Shown piece after piece: positions 25,721-37,894 of a DNA stretch of 64,000 bases (within the stretch, counting starts at the first letter, position 1; every line of letters starts with the position of its first letter). The notes beneath the pieces are model-generated. The model was not told the DNA's origin and did no database searches. It saw only the letters and a list, made by a program, of their open reading frames with translations. Both the position numbers and the translations under genes were made by a program. The DNA is from Phyllosticta citribraziliensis (lineage: Eukaryota): NCBI RefSeq assembly GCF_038025025.1, contig NW_027117343.1, forward strand, positions 1,302,001-1,366,000, given 5' to 3'.

Positions 25721-27156
25721 ATGACCGGAGACAGCAATCTGGCTGGGACCCTTCACGATGCCGCCACTCTATCGCCGCTCCCAAAGACGCTTTCTCATGG
25801 ACTTCCGGTAGTGGGCACGTTTGCTCTGTTGTCGCTCGTTTCGTCTTCTTCGCTATTCCTCATTCTCTTTTATCAGCTCTTCTTCAAGTGGCGTAAAAGC
25901 CCACGAGGTGTCCAGCTGCAACTCTATTACCTTATTTTGAACCTCTTGTTCGCCGACATTCAACAGTCGCTCTGCTTTGTCGTCAACCTCAAATGGTCAG
26001 CCCTCGACAAAATCGATGTTGAAAGCTCCATGTGCTGGGCGCAAGCCTGGTTTGGCTCTGTTGGAGACTTGGCGAGCGGTGTGTGGTCATTCTCAATTGG
26101 CGTCCACACGTTTGTGTCGCTTGCTCTCAACTACAAAATCAGTCCACTCGTCTTTACGTGTTGGGCAATCGTCAACTGGGTGCTGGTTTATGTTGCATCC
26201 CTCATCCCTATTGCCATGCATCCGCATCATCTCTATGTTCGCGCCGGGGCCTGGGTAAGTCGTAACCACTTGGCTCTCGTCAGATGACTGACACTTTCTA
26301 GTGCTGGATCAGTAGAGAGTACGAAGGACTACGGCTCTATTCCCACTACCTGTACATCATGATGGCTGAATTCGGCTCGGTCGTTCTCTACGCAACACTC
26401 TTTGTCACTCTACACTATCGCATCAAACGAGGCCATTCCCTTTCGCACTCGGCACGGCACCTGAGACGTGTCACTCGTCTCATGGTCATTTACCCCGCTG
26501 TCTACGTGGTGTGCACTCTCCCCTTGGTGTACGCCCGCGTGGCCAGCTTCATGGGCCATTCAGTCGGCTACGCCTACTTTTGCCTCGGCGGGACCTTGAT
26601 CACCAGCAACGGCTGGATCGACGTGCTCGTCTACTTTCTGACGCGCCGCGTCCTGCTCTTCGGCGACGCTCCCGAAAATCAGATCCCGACGCAACCCGCA
26701 GACCAGGCCATTGACACGTTTCACTCGACCTTTCCCCTGGCAAAGAACAAGAATCGCCTCGGCACTGTCACCACGATCGAAGCCACGCGGCCGTGTTTGG
26801 TTTTCAACCACAGCAGTCGCGTCGGGCTCGGTGGACTGCAGTTTTCGACCATGCGCAGAAAGGAAAGCTTGGAACTCTTTTTTGCGCGCGGCGGCAAATC
26901 GCAGGACAGCTCTTTTTGGGCGCAGCTGCGCCACAAGGGCAGCAAGGACTCGCTATCTGTCAAGCTGGAGACGACGGTGACGGTGCACAGCGAGCCGGCC
27001 GATTCGGCTACCAGGCGGGCCATCAGGGAAAGAAGACCTTCGCAGGAGACCGACGTCGAGAGAGGGGAGACTCTTGTCGAAGAGGAGACTGACGTCGAGA
27101 GAGAAGAGGTTCCCGTTGATGGAAAGAAGCTTGATCGCGAAGATTCCAAGTCATAG
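25721..27156 (+). CDS. Seven-transmembrane GPCR, Git3/Gpr1-related; paralogue of 21286..22989
   Basis: Motifs LILNLLFADIQQS, CWAQAWFGSVGDLASG, AGAW^CW (intron 26255-26301), LMVIYPAVYVVCTLPL and GWIDVLVYFLTRR. Confidence 0.9.
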
Positions 27157-27443
27157 CATCCTGTCGTCTCCATTGCGTACATGCAATGCAGATGCTGGAT
27201 TTTCCTGTATCACGACACTCATGATCCCTTTTGCACATTCACGCCCCGTGTTCTTTTCCGCCCGCTAGACATTTCCGGCATCCTGTAACCAAATGTATAC
27301 AATAGTATAGAGTCTGTTGATATTTCCTGCTGTTTCCACTCCATCCGTCGTTGTGAAGACAACTTTGACCGCGCAAATTCCAGAATGTGAACCTCAAAGG
27401 CGAACCCGCAAATACACAACCAAGCCACCATCTCAATCGAAAC

Positions 27444-28229
27444 TCACCTCCGCGGCACACTTTCATCTTCGCCAGTCCCGCGCTCGGCACAACTGCCACT
27501 CACTCCCATCACCGCCGCCGCCGCCGCCATACACGCCCACCAGCACAGAAGCCCCAAAACAGCCCTCCACCACGCCCACAGCCATGCAAAACCACCAAGC
27601 CGGGACGCAAACGCAACCGAGGCGACAGCCAAAACAGCCACAACCCCCGAGACGAGCACCATCGACCCCGTCTCCACCTATCTAGCTATCTCTCAACCCC
27701 ATATATCATATCTACCAGGTACACGGCGCCTACGCACGTTTCTCGCGCGTCAGATAGCCAACAGCAACGCGCGGGCAGAGCAGGGCGAGGCAAGGTAAGG
27801 TGCAACCGCGGCTCAACTGTAACCGCTTCGGTTCGGTTCGCGCAACCCCGTTCCGCGCGCGCGCTATACAGTACCTACAGTACGCACGCAGGCGCGGCTC
27901 GAGTCAATCTGCGTCATCCAATTGGCTCGGCTTATCCGACACGCAGACGACACGATGCGTGCGGATCCAGGCTGCTGGGACTTCTAGACGTGGTGGCGTG
28001 GTTGCGTGGGTCGATGCGCGGCTCGCTTGGGCGGAGTTCGCTGCGCGGAGCGCGTTGGCGGACGGGACGCGGAAGGGTGCGCGGGACTTGCTGGAGAGGG
28101 CGGAATTGCTGCGGTGGGGCTGCTGTTCTCGATGATGGTGAGGTGAGGGAGGGTAAGGGTGATGGGGGTGGGAGGGAGGAGGGCATCAGTGAGGGGCACT
28201 TGGTCGAGAGGAAAGCGAGTATGGAGCAT
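27444..28229 (-). CDS. Possible small membrane protein (Pro-rich first exon, hydrophobic last exon); model uncertain
   Basis: ORF 27444..27677 is hydrophobic and begins right after a TAG acceptor-like site. Pro-rich ORFs lie upstream at 27932-28229. Confidence 0.25.
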
Positions 28230-28611
28230 TAGACGGACTGAATGTAAAATGCTACAGTGTTGTTTTTGTACAACATCTGAGTGCTGAATGGGTGACGAAT
28301 TTTTGAGATGGTCTGGGTTTGGTGCTTGACTTTGCGGGGAAACTGTAGGTCAATCGACTAAATTGCAATGAAGAAACGACAATCCAGAATGCTACCACAT
28401 AATAGTAAGAATCCCCGTCTGAAATATTTCTCAAGCTTCAAGACAGCTCTCCCACAATACAGTTACGTATTCAGGCACAAGAAACCGCACCGATGCCATG
28501 GAACCAGCCCCCTAGCAAGAGTGCTCGACCCCCCCTTCCCCCGCAGCGTTAGGCCAGCAGTCTCGCAATGTGTTATTCATAGTGGCAATAATTCCCTATT
28601 CTTTTCAAGAA

Positions 28612-28698
28612 GGCCTTGTGGTCTAGTGGTATGATTCTCGCTTTGGGTTACTCCACCTAATCTGCGAGAGGCCCCGCGTTCGAATCGCGGCAGGGCCC
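28612..28698 (+). tRNA. tRNA-Pro(TGG) with a 15-nt intron (28648-28662)
   Basis: Acceptor stem GGCCTTG/CAGGGCC, anticodon arm CTCGC-TT-TGG-G...T-GCGAG, GTTCGAATC T loop, and a T-run terminator downstream. Confidence 0.97.
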
Positions 28699-30155
28699 TT
28701 CTCCTCTTCTTTTTTGCCCTTTGTTTTTGTCACCCACACACTCCCAGTTAGGACTTCTTCTTGCGTGACCGCGAACGCGCTTGCGAGTCTGCGGTAGCGA
28801 GAGAGTTGTGTGTTCTCCGTGTCCTTGGAGAAGATGCTGAGGATGGTTGATCGAGATGGCGCATTTGTTTTGTCGCCGCATTTACTAGCCACCTCTGTCC
28901 CCCCCGCGACTATTTCCAACAGACAACACGCAGCAGCAGCGCCACAACGACTACGCTAGACGATGAAGAGCACGCTCGACACACTCGACATGTTGGAATG
29001 CAACGAGACGAGAGGGACGGAATGCGTTGAGCCAATACCCTAACGACCAACCGCACGCCGGGGCACTCGCCCCATTCTTTTGCTCATCACGGCGCAGACG
29101 TAGCGACATGTTGGGGCAACTGGCGTGTGTCGTGTCGCGTGCGCCGATGAGGCGAGGGGCGCGGTTCATGGATGGCGTTGGTGGTGTGTCTGGGAATGAG
29201 GGAGGGAGGGGGAGGAGCAGGAGGAGGGGGAGTGCCAGGCAGACAGGCAGGCGTCGGACGTGTACTGTACATACACACACACACACAAGACTAACAGTCA
29301 CCCTTCTCACTCTCCCCCTCTACAAGCTACCTACCTAGCCAGCCAGCGCAAGACGAACCCAAGCTTTCAAAAAGGCAACAAACAGTTCCTGGATATGTAG
29401 CAGAGAGCACACAGCGGACCACAGCGCACAGACCCGCCAAAACTTACCCCCGGTGGCACTTTCACTGCTACGTTCAAAGTTAGCAATGCGACCAATCAGA
29501 CGCCCCTCGCTCCCGTGCTTTGCTTTAAACACCCCCAGGTTGACCAACCCTCCCTCCCTCCCTCCCTCCCTCCCTCTAACAATGTGCCCTGCTGCGTTTT
29601 GCTCGCTCCCGGACTCTTCTTTTGGTTTCGACGTAGGTAGACTTGCTTCAATTGGATTGAGGTGGGTGCGGGAGAGCCAGGTATATTGTCATGGTCACGG
29701 TCGAACATTTTCAAAGGCCAAAAGCCGCGGCACTTCTCCCAGCATATAGGAGGGAGGTGCAGTGAGCGACGCATAGGTACAGTACTTCCACCATATCTTC
29801 ATTGCCAGTGCATCTAAAATAATATATCCATCATCCACCCGACGGCAGCACTCCCTCCCCACCATCCATTCCCCATTCTCGTCTTCATCACTCACCCGCA
29901 TCGTAGTAGCCACAAGTAGCATAGTAGTCCTGTTCCTTTGCAAGCCCAGGCACTTTACACACGCCTCTTGACATTTCATCTACTGCCAATATCCCCAATC
30001 CGCACCACCACCCAACTCATATCATCTCTCTTATTCATGGATTTGGACAATCGACACACGCCACCGCTTGCTGCTGCCTCATTCGCCCCTGGACAATACC
30101 GCCACCACCCGCATCATCTCCCATCACCGCAGTACGAACAATCCCAACAACAACG

Positions 30156-30174
30156 AAAAAAAAAAAAAAAAAAA
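30156..30174. repeat. Poly(A) tract, 19 nt
   Basis: Read directly from the sequence. Confidence 0.95.
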
Positions 30175-30404
30175 CTCGACAGAAGAAAACTTTTCCTCCC
30201 ACGTCGCTTCACCGCCATATTAGCAAAACGAAGCCCGGGCAGACCGACGCAAAAACGAGAAAGAGAAACCGCATCAAACGAAAAGCAAGACGAAAATAAA
30301 AGGGAGCCCCATCTACCAAGCAGAAACAAAAAAACAAAAAGACGAGAAGGGGCTCGACTACTACATAGAGTGTACTGGCAGGTACCCATGATTACAATTC
30401 CATT

Positions 30405-30407
<3 letters not shown>

Positions 30408-30441
<34 letters not shown>
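30408..30441. repeat. (GA)17 microsatellite
   Basis: Read directly from the sequence. Confidence 0.95.
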
Positions 30442-30444
<3 letters not shown>

Positions 30445-31094
30445 CTCCAATCGAGGGGTGCGGAGCGTCCGCAAAAACGCACTCAAAAACGAAAAACGAG
30501 AAAAGGATCAACGAGGCGGGAAAAGGAGAGGAGAGGGGGGCCTAGAGTAGACGCGCCCCCTTTCTTTCATCCTCTTTTCCCTCCTTCCAAAAGATCAAGA
30601 GCGGGGAGAACCGCTCAAAGCGCTCGCTCATCTGGACGAAACGCAGAATCCAAAAGAACAAGAGGTGGGGGAATCCGAAGCGTCGCTTGCTTGGCAACAA
30701 AAGAAAATAAAGACGCGCTTCTTCAACGCTTATGCAATGAGCGACAGCCCGGCCGTAATGGGCGAATATGGATGAGTCGAGGTAAAGACGGTGGACGCTA
30801 AATGATCAAGGATGGTTAAAAAATGTCGGCCGTAATTATGAACAAGTCAGGTAGGTAGTAGAGGAGTAGAAGTTGGAGGCGGTGGTGCGGCGGCGGCGGC
30901 GTCTTGTCGTGGTTTGGTCATTCCGGACCGTAGAGTCGTTGGCGTGCGGCAAGTCGTAATCATCTTCAGAGAGACATGATACCGAGAGAGACCACAAAGG
31001 GCGCGAAGCTGTGTCCATGGCAAAGCAGTCGACGTTAGCTCCAGGGCATCCGTTGGTCGTGGACTAGTCACAGTCGTGGAAAAAAGAAGCATCC

Positions 31095-33393
31095 TCACTC
31101 AAACCCGCCGGGCATCGAAGGTGCTGCCGACCGCCTCTTGGCCTTTTGATCTGGTGTCATCGGTCGGTCGCTGTCGCTCGAAACGCGCTCGACATGTTCG
31201 ACGGCTTCGGGGCCATGCTTTTGTGCGTGGAGGTCCTGGGATCGTCGCAGCGTCTCGTTTTCCAATTGCTTGGCGGCTTGCGCTTCGATGCGCCGTTCGT
31301 CGTCCGAGTCCAGGGCAATGGCCGAGTCCTGCTTTTGCTCATGGTGGATGAGGGGTGCGGCATGGTCCGTGACGATGGTCTTGTCAAAAGTCAAACGGTG
31401 CTTCTCATGGGCATCCTGAAATAAGTCGTGTGCGTCGATGGCTTCGCCTTCCTTTCCCATGTGATTGCCATTGGGACCCTGCTCATGAGAAGTAAACTCA
31501 CTCTCGAGGCTTCTCCTGGGCAGCTGCGAGCTTTCTGCCTTGCTCCGCCTCCGCTGGACGAACGGGCTCCTTGGACTGGCCTCCTTGTCACCGCCACTGG
31601 TCAACGAGTAGTTGGGGACGACGCCACCGCCAAGTCTGGCCCAGAACATGCGTTCCCTGAGCTTTACCGCCTCTTCCCAAGCACTCTTTTCCTCATCGCC
31701 ATTCTCGGCTCGCCAGTGGCCATCTCGGCACATGCGCAAAAAGGCAATGTAGTCGCAGCAGCTCCGCACGCGCGACAGGCAAAAGTCGCACAGCGGGTAG
31801 CGCTGGGCATCTCTTTCATCGGATGTCCGGAAGCGGTGTTTCCTTGCATATGGATCTTGGCCAGCCTTGTCCTTGACCCGAGAAACGCGACACTCTCCAC
31901 ACAGACTGCAGGCAAAAACCGGGCCCCGGTAGAATGCCACGTGCGGTTGTGGTTCAATCGTCAACGACCCGGCAGTCATGGCGCTGAGTACCGAGCGGCG
32001 CGCCAACCACGACAGACCTGGCGCACTGTCGAGGCGGAGAGTAGGCTCAATGTCTTCTGTCAAGGCGCGTTTGTAAAACTTGAGCTCCTTGAGTCCCGGC
32101 AGAATGGTTGCCTCGGGCTTTGGAGAAGCTGATCCGGGCAGAGACGATTCGGAGCTGGTCTGGGTTGTGTTCAGGCTGGCCGTTGACAGGTTGGCCAGGG
32201 TTCCAAGACCCATGACGTTGAGGCCGCCGTAGTTTCCGGACGCGGCACGGGAGCTCGGGGCTGACGATTGTGTCTTGGCCGTCTTCAACAACTCTTGAAA
32301 CTCATTGTACGCCTGGATGTCCGTGCGCAAGACTGGACTGATGAGGTGCGCAAAGGCCAGAGGGTGAAGCGGCTCCATTTCTCCGTTTGACATGTCTGGT
32401 GAGCTTCGGATGCTGGCCTGTTCAAAGTTGCGGCTGGCCCGTTCCGACAGAGCAATCGCAGGTGTCGAAATATCGGTGATTGACGACGTGGTGTCCCTTT
32501 CGTCCTGTTCGGCGGTCATTTGAGCCATGACCCGCTTAAGGTCCTGCAGTTGTTCTTGCTGAGAGGCCAAGAGTTGATTCGTATCCTGGACTTGGGCTTT
32601 GTAGTGCTCGACCCGCTTCTCGGATGCTTCGGTCTCTTTGCGAGCCGCTGCGACCATCTACAACAGTTAGACACGTAGGAGAGAGGAAAACAGACGACCT
32701 ACCGTGTTGGCCTCTTCGAAAAGAGCAGTCGTCAGCGTTTCGAGCTCGTTCTCCATTCGTTTGCGCTCCCTGTCGGCGGCCAGTCGAGATTTCCGCTCGG
32801 CCTCGATTTCTTTGCGCAGCTGCTTTTCCATGCGATCATACTCCTCCTTCTTGACCATGGCGCGCATCTGGCGCTGGCGCTCCTTGGCCTCGACCTCGAG
32901 CTGGGCGATGCGCGTGTATGCCTCTTGCAATTCATGGCGGGCAGCCTGCAGATTGTCGTCGAGGTTCGTCTGGTGGTTGATGGCATTGATTAGTTTGGTG
33001 CTGAGGGCAGCCACCTCGTTGCTCAAGTCGGGGTGCTGGTTCGGCGTAAAGGGACGCTCCGAGGCCGTGGCCGGGCGCCTGCTCGGCGAGGGCGTGCGCG
33101 GGTCTGGAATGGTGTTGAGGAGGCCTGACTCGGGACGCGAGAGATGGGTCGAGGCGCCGGGCGAAGGGACGCTGCGAGGCAGGTGGGGGGTGCTCGTGGA
33201 TTTTGTGAGGGCCTTCATGGCGCCGGTGTTGGACGACGGAGGTTTGGATGTTGGTGTAACAGGACGTCGCTGGGCAGATAGGCGAGAGGAAAGGGCTCCT
33301 CCATGGCCCCAGCCGCCGACGGTGAAGAAGTAGCTAGTGGCGAGTTAGTGCAAGCCATGACATGGGCTGAGGTGAGAGGGCGTACTCAGCCAG
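31095..33393 (-). CDS. SEC2: Rab (Sec4) guanine-nucleotide exchange factor Sec2; start either CTG 33393 or ATG 33218
   Basis: Coiled coil with ENELETLTTALFEEANT^MVAAAR (intron 32658-32702), EDIEPTLRLDSAPGLSWLARR, CSLCGE, YPLCDFC and LRERMFWARLGGG. Confidence 0.93.
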
Positions 33394-34331
33394 GTTTGCG
33401 GATGGTGGAGAGAGCGGAGGAGCGGAGCGACGGGAGGAGGGAACCGGAAAGGAGACGGCGGGCGGTGAGTGGATCACTTGTGCATCGCGCAGGCGAGGGA
33501 GGGAGTCGGGGCGGTTTTGAGTGGGGGAGAGGAGAGGTCGGGTGGGTGAGGTGGATGGTATGTGTCGAGAGTGAAGGGAGAGGGCGGCGGCGGGTGGTAG
33601 TGAGGCGATGATGTATGGGTGGGCGGAGGTTCAGGTTGTTTGCAAGCGGCGGCGGCATGGCTTTGGTTGCGCAGCGTCAAAGCCTCCAATCACCCAATCA
33701 CGACCCGAACTGCACCGATACCTATGGGAATGCCGACTCCAAGCAAGGATGCTGGTCTGGCCTGGCCGTCTTCAACAGATTGGTTTTTTTCAATTTTTGC
33801 GCATTGCTGAGCGCATCATTGCAATCCAGTTGCGCATCCATTCCCGGGGCCACATGTTAGTTCTGGTTGCCACCGGGCGACGGCGTTTCCCAGGACCTGA
33901 CCTGCCCTGACCTCCGCTCAAGAAACAGAAACGAAACTCGGCGCGAACAAGCGGCCGGCCCGGGGCTTTCGGCCGCCATGGTTCCGCTGGCACTCTACTC
34001 GTACGAGTGATGATCCGCTCGCTAACTGCAACACCATAGTGTTTTTATGGAGCCTGCTGTGTCGTATCGCTGGCCTGGTCTGGCCTCTGCTCGTGCAAGC
34101 AGTCGAGTCGAGTCGGCGGCGTTTCTATTTCTTGACGCGTGGGCGGCACGGCACGGCCAGTCCACCTCACCCACGACCTGACCCGACCTGACAAGCCCCT
34201 GCGTCACTGCAGCCAAGCCATCCAGACACCCACTGCATCTGATTGACCCCACCAGACCGCAACCGCTCTCATCTTCTCCGCCCCCGACCCCGACCTCTGC
34301 CCAGCTCCCAGTCTCCGCCTCGCTCTCCCAA

Positions 34332-34906
34332 ATGTCTGACGCCGACCTCGACGAGGTACGACCTAACCTAACCCATTCCCCCCGTTCCCCAAGCCCCTGC
34401 CGCTGCCGCCCCCGCGCCATGACTCTGCTCCGCTGACACGCGCGACTCGCCGACTCAGATCCGCAAGGCCCGCCTGGCTCAGCTGCGCCAACAGGGCGCC
34501 GCCTCTGGCTCTGCTCCTGCTGCTGCCTCTGCCGGCGCAGGAGGCGAAGGCCAGGAAGACGCGCGGTATGTCATCACCACCGTCGTCTCGCGCGCGTCAT
34601 ATTGAACCGTACCACAGCGCCCGCGAGGCCGAAGCCCGCCAGTCCATCCTGTCGCAAATTCTACTTCCCGAGGCTGCCGACCGCCTGGGCCGTATCCGCC
34701 TGGTCAAGGAGTCGCGTGCCACCGACATGGAAAACAGGCTCATCATGCTGGCCCGCTCCGGCCAGCTGCGCTCCAAGGTCACCGAGGAACAGCTCAAGGA
34801 CCTGCTGGGCGCCGTCTCGGAGCAGGAGGAAAAGACGCAGGACCGCATCGTCGTCCAGAGGCGCGGCGGCTGGGACGACGACGACGACGACTTGCTCGAC
34901 TTGTAA
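34332..34906 (+). CDS. SDD2: PDCD5/Sdd2-family double-stranded DNA-binding protein
   Basis: Exons 34332-34355, 34459-34565 and 34618-34906 give MSDADLDEIRKARLAQL...ILSQILLPEAADRLGRIRLVK...LIMLARSGQLRSKVTEEQLKDLL...RRGGWDDDDDDLLDL. Confidence 0.93.
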
Positions 34907-35284
34907 AGGGAAGGAAAACAAAACACGGCTGGGCGTTGGGGGTTCGGGAGGCTCTTGTTTTTGACGGGCACGCTTGATCATGCATGTGCCCAAGCAACCC
35001 AGAGTGGAAACGTTGAATTAAACTTGCCGTCTGCAGGGTTCAAGGAGAATTCGTCCCGCCCGCGCCGGCTGGAGCATGTCGGCTGTTGATCACGTTTCAT
35101 GGTGTTTGGTTATCAACACAATTCCGAGACCTGCCCTGATTCCTAGCGGCTGGTCAACGCCTGCCGCCCATTTCCCTGGAAACAAACGGACCCTGACGCA
35201 GCCCCACTTGCATGATTTTGTCCGACTTGTGGAATGCACATCAATTGTGCCAGACACGCGTTGATATCGCAAGACCCCTTACCC

Positions 35285-36148
35285 CTATCCCTGAGCCCCC
35301 TTGGCTTCTCTCTCCGCCCTTCTCCTCTCCTTCTCCTTCTTCCTCGCATCCCTTAGATCCGGCGGCTTCTCAATGCCCAGCTCGGCCCTCAATTCATCGA
35401 CATCCCTCTCCAACCACTCCTCCCAATACACGTTGATGACCTCCTTGGACTTGAGACCATTCTCCACAGCCCACGGTCCATAGACCTGCCAAAACCTCTC
35501 ACGCTCCTTCTTCTTCAATGTCACAGCAGCCCCAACGCTCAGCCCCGTCATGGGCAGCAGAGTGTTTGCAAACTCGAAAGCCTTGAGCGCAACCTCGCCC
35601 TCGCGATAGACGGGCAGGCCGCAGACGGCGTGGTAAAAGTCGTGGCACTCGCGGTAGCGCTGCATGACGTAGGCGCACTCCTCGTCGTCAATGTAGCGCA
35701 CGCCGGCGCGCGTGTCGGGGCTCACGCCCTCGCGGTCCAGCCAGCCGACGTACGTGCGCCCCACCGTGTTGGGCGCGAGCGTGCGCAGGTATGCCACGTC
35801 CAGCGACTTGGACGTGATGCGCGGCCGGTCTCGCAGGATGCGTCGCCCCGTCGCGTCGCGCAGCATGGCATCGCGGAGCCGGTAGATGAAATACGGTTGT
35901 GCTGTGGCTTCGCCGCAGGCTGCGATGAGGTCGGCTCTCCGTGGGTTGATGAAGGAGCCAAGTGCGGAGCCAATGGCCAGGGCGGTGCGCTCGATGGGGT
36001 GTAGAGGCACATGGCCAGGGTAACTGGGCGGAGGCCGGCTGAGAGAAAAGGCTCGGTGGTGCGAGATGGTCGTGGTGAGAGGGAGCCGCGTCTTGGGCGT
36101 GGCGCCACCGAAGCCCCGTTGGATGGGGCGAATGAGGGTGGTCTTCAT
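35285..36148 (-). CDS. COQ4: Ubiquinone biosynthesis protein Coq4
   Basis: Mitochondrial presequence-like start, [27 protein letters not shown] (HDxxH motif) and [10 protein letters not shown]. Confidence 0.96.
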   Translation of the reverse strand: MKTTLIRPIQRGFGGATPKTRLPLTTTISHHRAFSLSRPPPSYPGHVPLHPIERTALAIGSALGSFINPRRADLIAACGEATAQPYFIYRLRDAMLRDATGRRILRDRPRITSKSLDVAYLRTLAPNTVGRTYVGWLDREGVSPDTRAGVRYIDDEECAYVMQRYRECHDFYHAVCGLPVYREGEVALKAFEFANTLLPMTGLSVGAAVTLKKKERERFWQVYGPWAVENGLKSKEVINVYWEEWLERDVDELRAELGIEKPPDLRDARKKEKERRRAEREAKGAQG

Positions 36149-36498
36149 GCTGGCATTGTCGAGCCCGTGGGCTGGATTGAAGATGACTGGTGTCTCGCAA
36201 TGGATAGATGTGCTCTGTTGCCTCGTATGATGTCGAGAGCAGCTGTCGCCCTCGGTCTTCCTCCAGGTTTCTCGCCGGCCAGCTTATCGATAGCGCCGTG
36301 CAGCTGGACCCCTGCAGAACAGAAGCTTCGTCCATTTCGCGCTCGTCCCTGACCTCGACAGACTCCACCACCGAGTTCCACCGAGCTGCTTGCTCTGCCC
36401 TGCGCCTTCGCTTGCCATGATGGCGCATCAAACTCCCAGCGCACTTTTTCCTTTCCGGTGACACTGCGAGTCCGACATTCGCTTCCCCACCGCCCACC

Positions 36499-37894
36499 AT
36501 GCCCCTACCCGCATCGCCCGGCCCCGAGCACGACGCCTTCATCGCTTGGGCCCAAGCCCGCGGCGTCACCATCAACGGCGTCGCGCCCGCGCGGCTGCCC
36601 GGCCGCGGCCTCGGCGTCGTCGCAACGCGTGAGGTGAAGGAGGGGGACGTGCTCGTTTCGGTGCCAGCAAACGCGCTCTTGACGATTGAGACCAAGCACG
36701 TCAAGGACGCTGCGCTGCCCGCAGGCGAGGATTCGACGGTGCATGGGCGCCTGGCGGCCTACCTGACCGTGATGCACGCCGATGACGAGGTCGAGTGGGA
36801 CGTGTGGAGGCGGGTGTGGCCGTCGCGCGAGAGCTTCGAGGAGAGCATGCCGCTGTGCTGGGAGGAGCGGGAGAAGGACTGCTTGCCGGCGCCTGCGAGA
36901 GGTGTGTGATGCTTGAATTTACCTCGAGAGCACCAGTCTGATGTCATGGTCTATTTTTTCAAAGTTCTGAACCACAGATCTTGATGACCTTTGTTTGCTG
37001 AATCTTGGTCTAAAAAAGAGCTGGCAAAAGTGCACCGAAAAAGGCAGATAGATACTGACACCAAACAGACCATCTGGCCAAACAAGAAGCAAAGCTGGAC
37101 GCGGATTGGCAGCTCCTCCGCGACCATCTCCCAGACCCCTCGGACCGCCGTCTCTACACGTACTACTGGATGATTGTCAACACGCGCACCTTCTTCTGGG
37201 ACTACCCGACTAGCACCTCGAGCAAACCACGGGCCAAAAAGCGCAAGCTGGTTCCCGACGACTGCATGGCGCTATGTCCATTCATGGAGTACTTCAACCA
37301 CGCCGACGAAGGGGTGAGTTGATCCGTCTCGACACCAACGAGCGGCGCCCCGCTAAGCCGCTGCAGTGTACCGTCGCGCACACCAAAGCCGGCTTCACCA
37401 TCACCAGCCATCGGGCATATAGCCCCGGCGAAGAAATCCACGTCAGCTATGGCGCGCACACCAACGAGTTTTTGCTCGTGGAGTACGGCTTCGTCCTCGC
37501 CGCCAACAAGTGGGACGACGTTCGTCTGGACCCCGTCATCCTGCCCAAGCTCAACACAGCCCAGACGGAGCTCCTTCGCACCAACGGCTTCCTCGGCGAT
37601 TATGCCGTCACGCCTGACGAGTGCTGCCATCGTACTCAGGTCGCGGTACGCGCGCTTCTGCTGTCAAAGGGGAGGGCCGAGGGTTTTCTAATGGGTCTTG
37701 ACAGTGGCGAGAAGGAGCAGGAGCAGGTGGACGCATTTTTGGTGGAGTGTGCGGAAGAGTATTTGAAAATGATGGCGGAGAAGGAGCAAAAAGTGGAACG
37801 TTTAGACGAGGGTGAACGGAAAAGTGCATTGCAAAGGAGATGGACACAGGTGAGACAAGTGCTGGAGGGATTGAGAGCGACGTTGACGAGGTGA
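36499..37894 (+). CDS. SET-domain protein lysine methyltransferase (Rkm2/Set11-like)
   Basis: Motifs GRGLGVVATR, WMIVNTRTF, MALCPFMEYFNH and GEEIHVSYGAHTNEFLLVEYGF. Introns at 36902-37068 and 37314-37366. Confidence 0.9.

Noticed and set aside
29938..30801. 287-aa Lys/Arg/Glu-rich ORF
   Set aside because: Produced by poly(A), (GA)n and purine-rich simple sequence downstream of SEC2.
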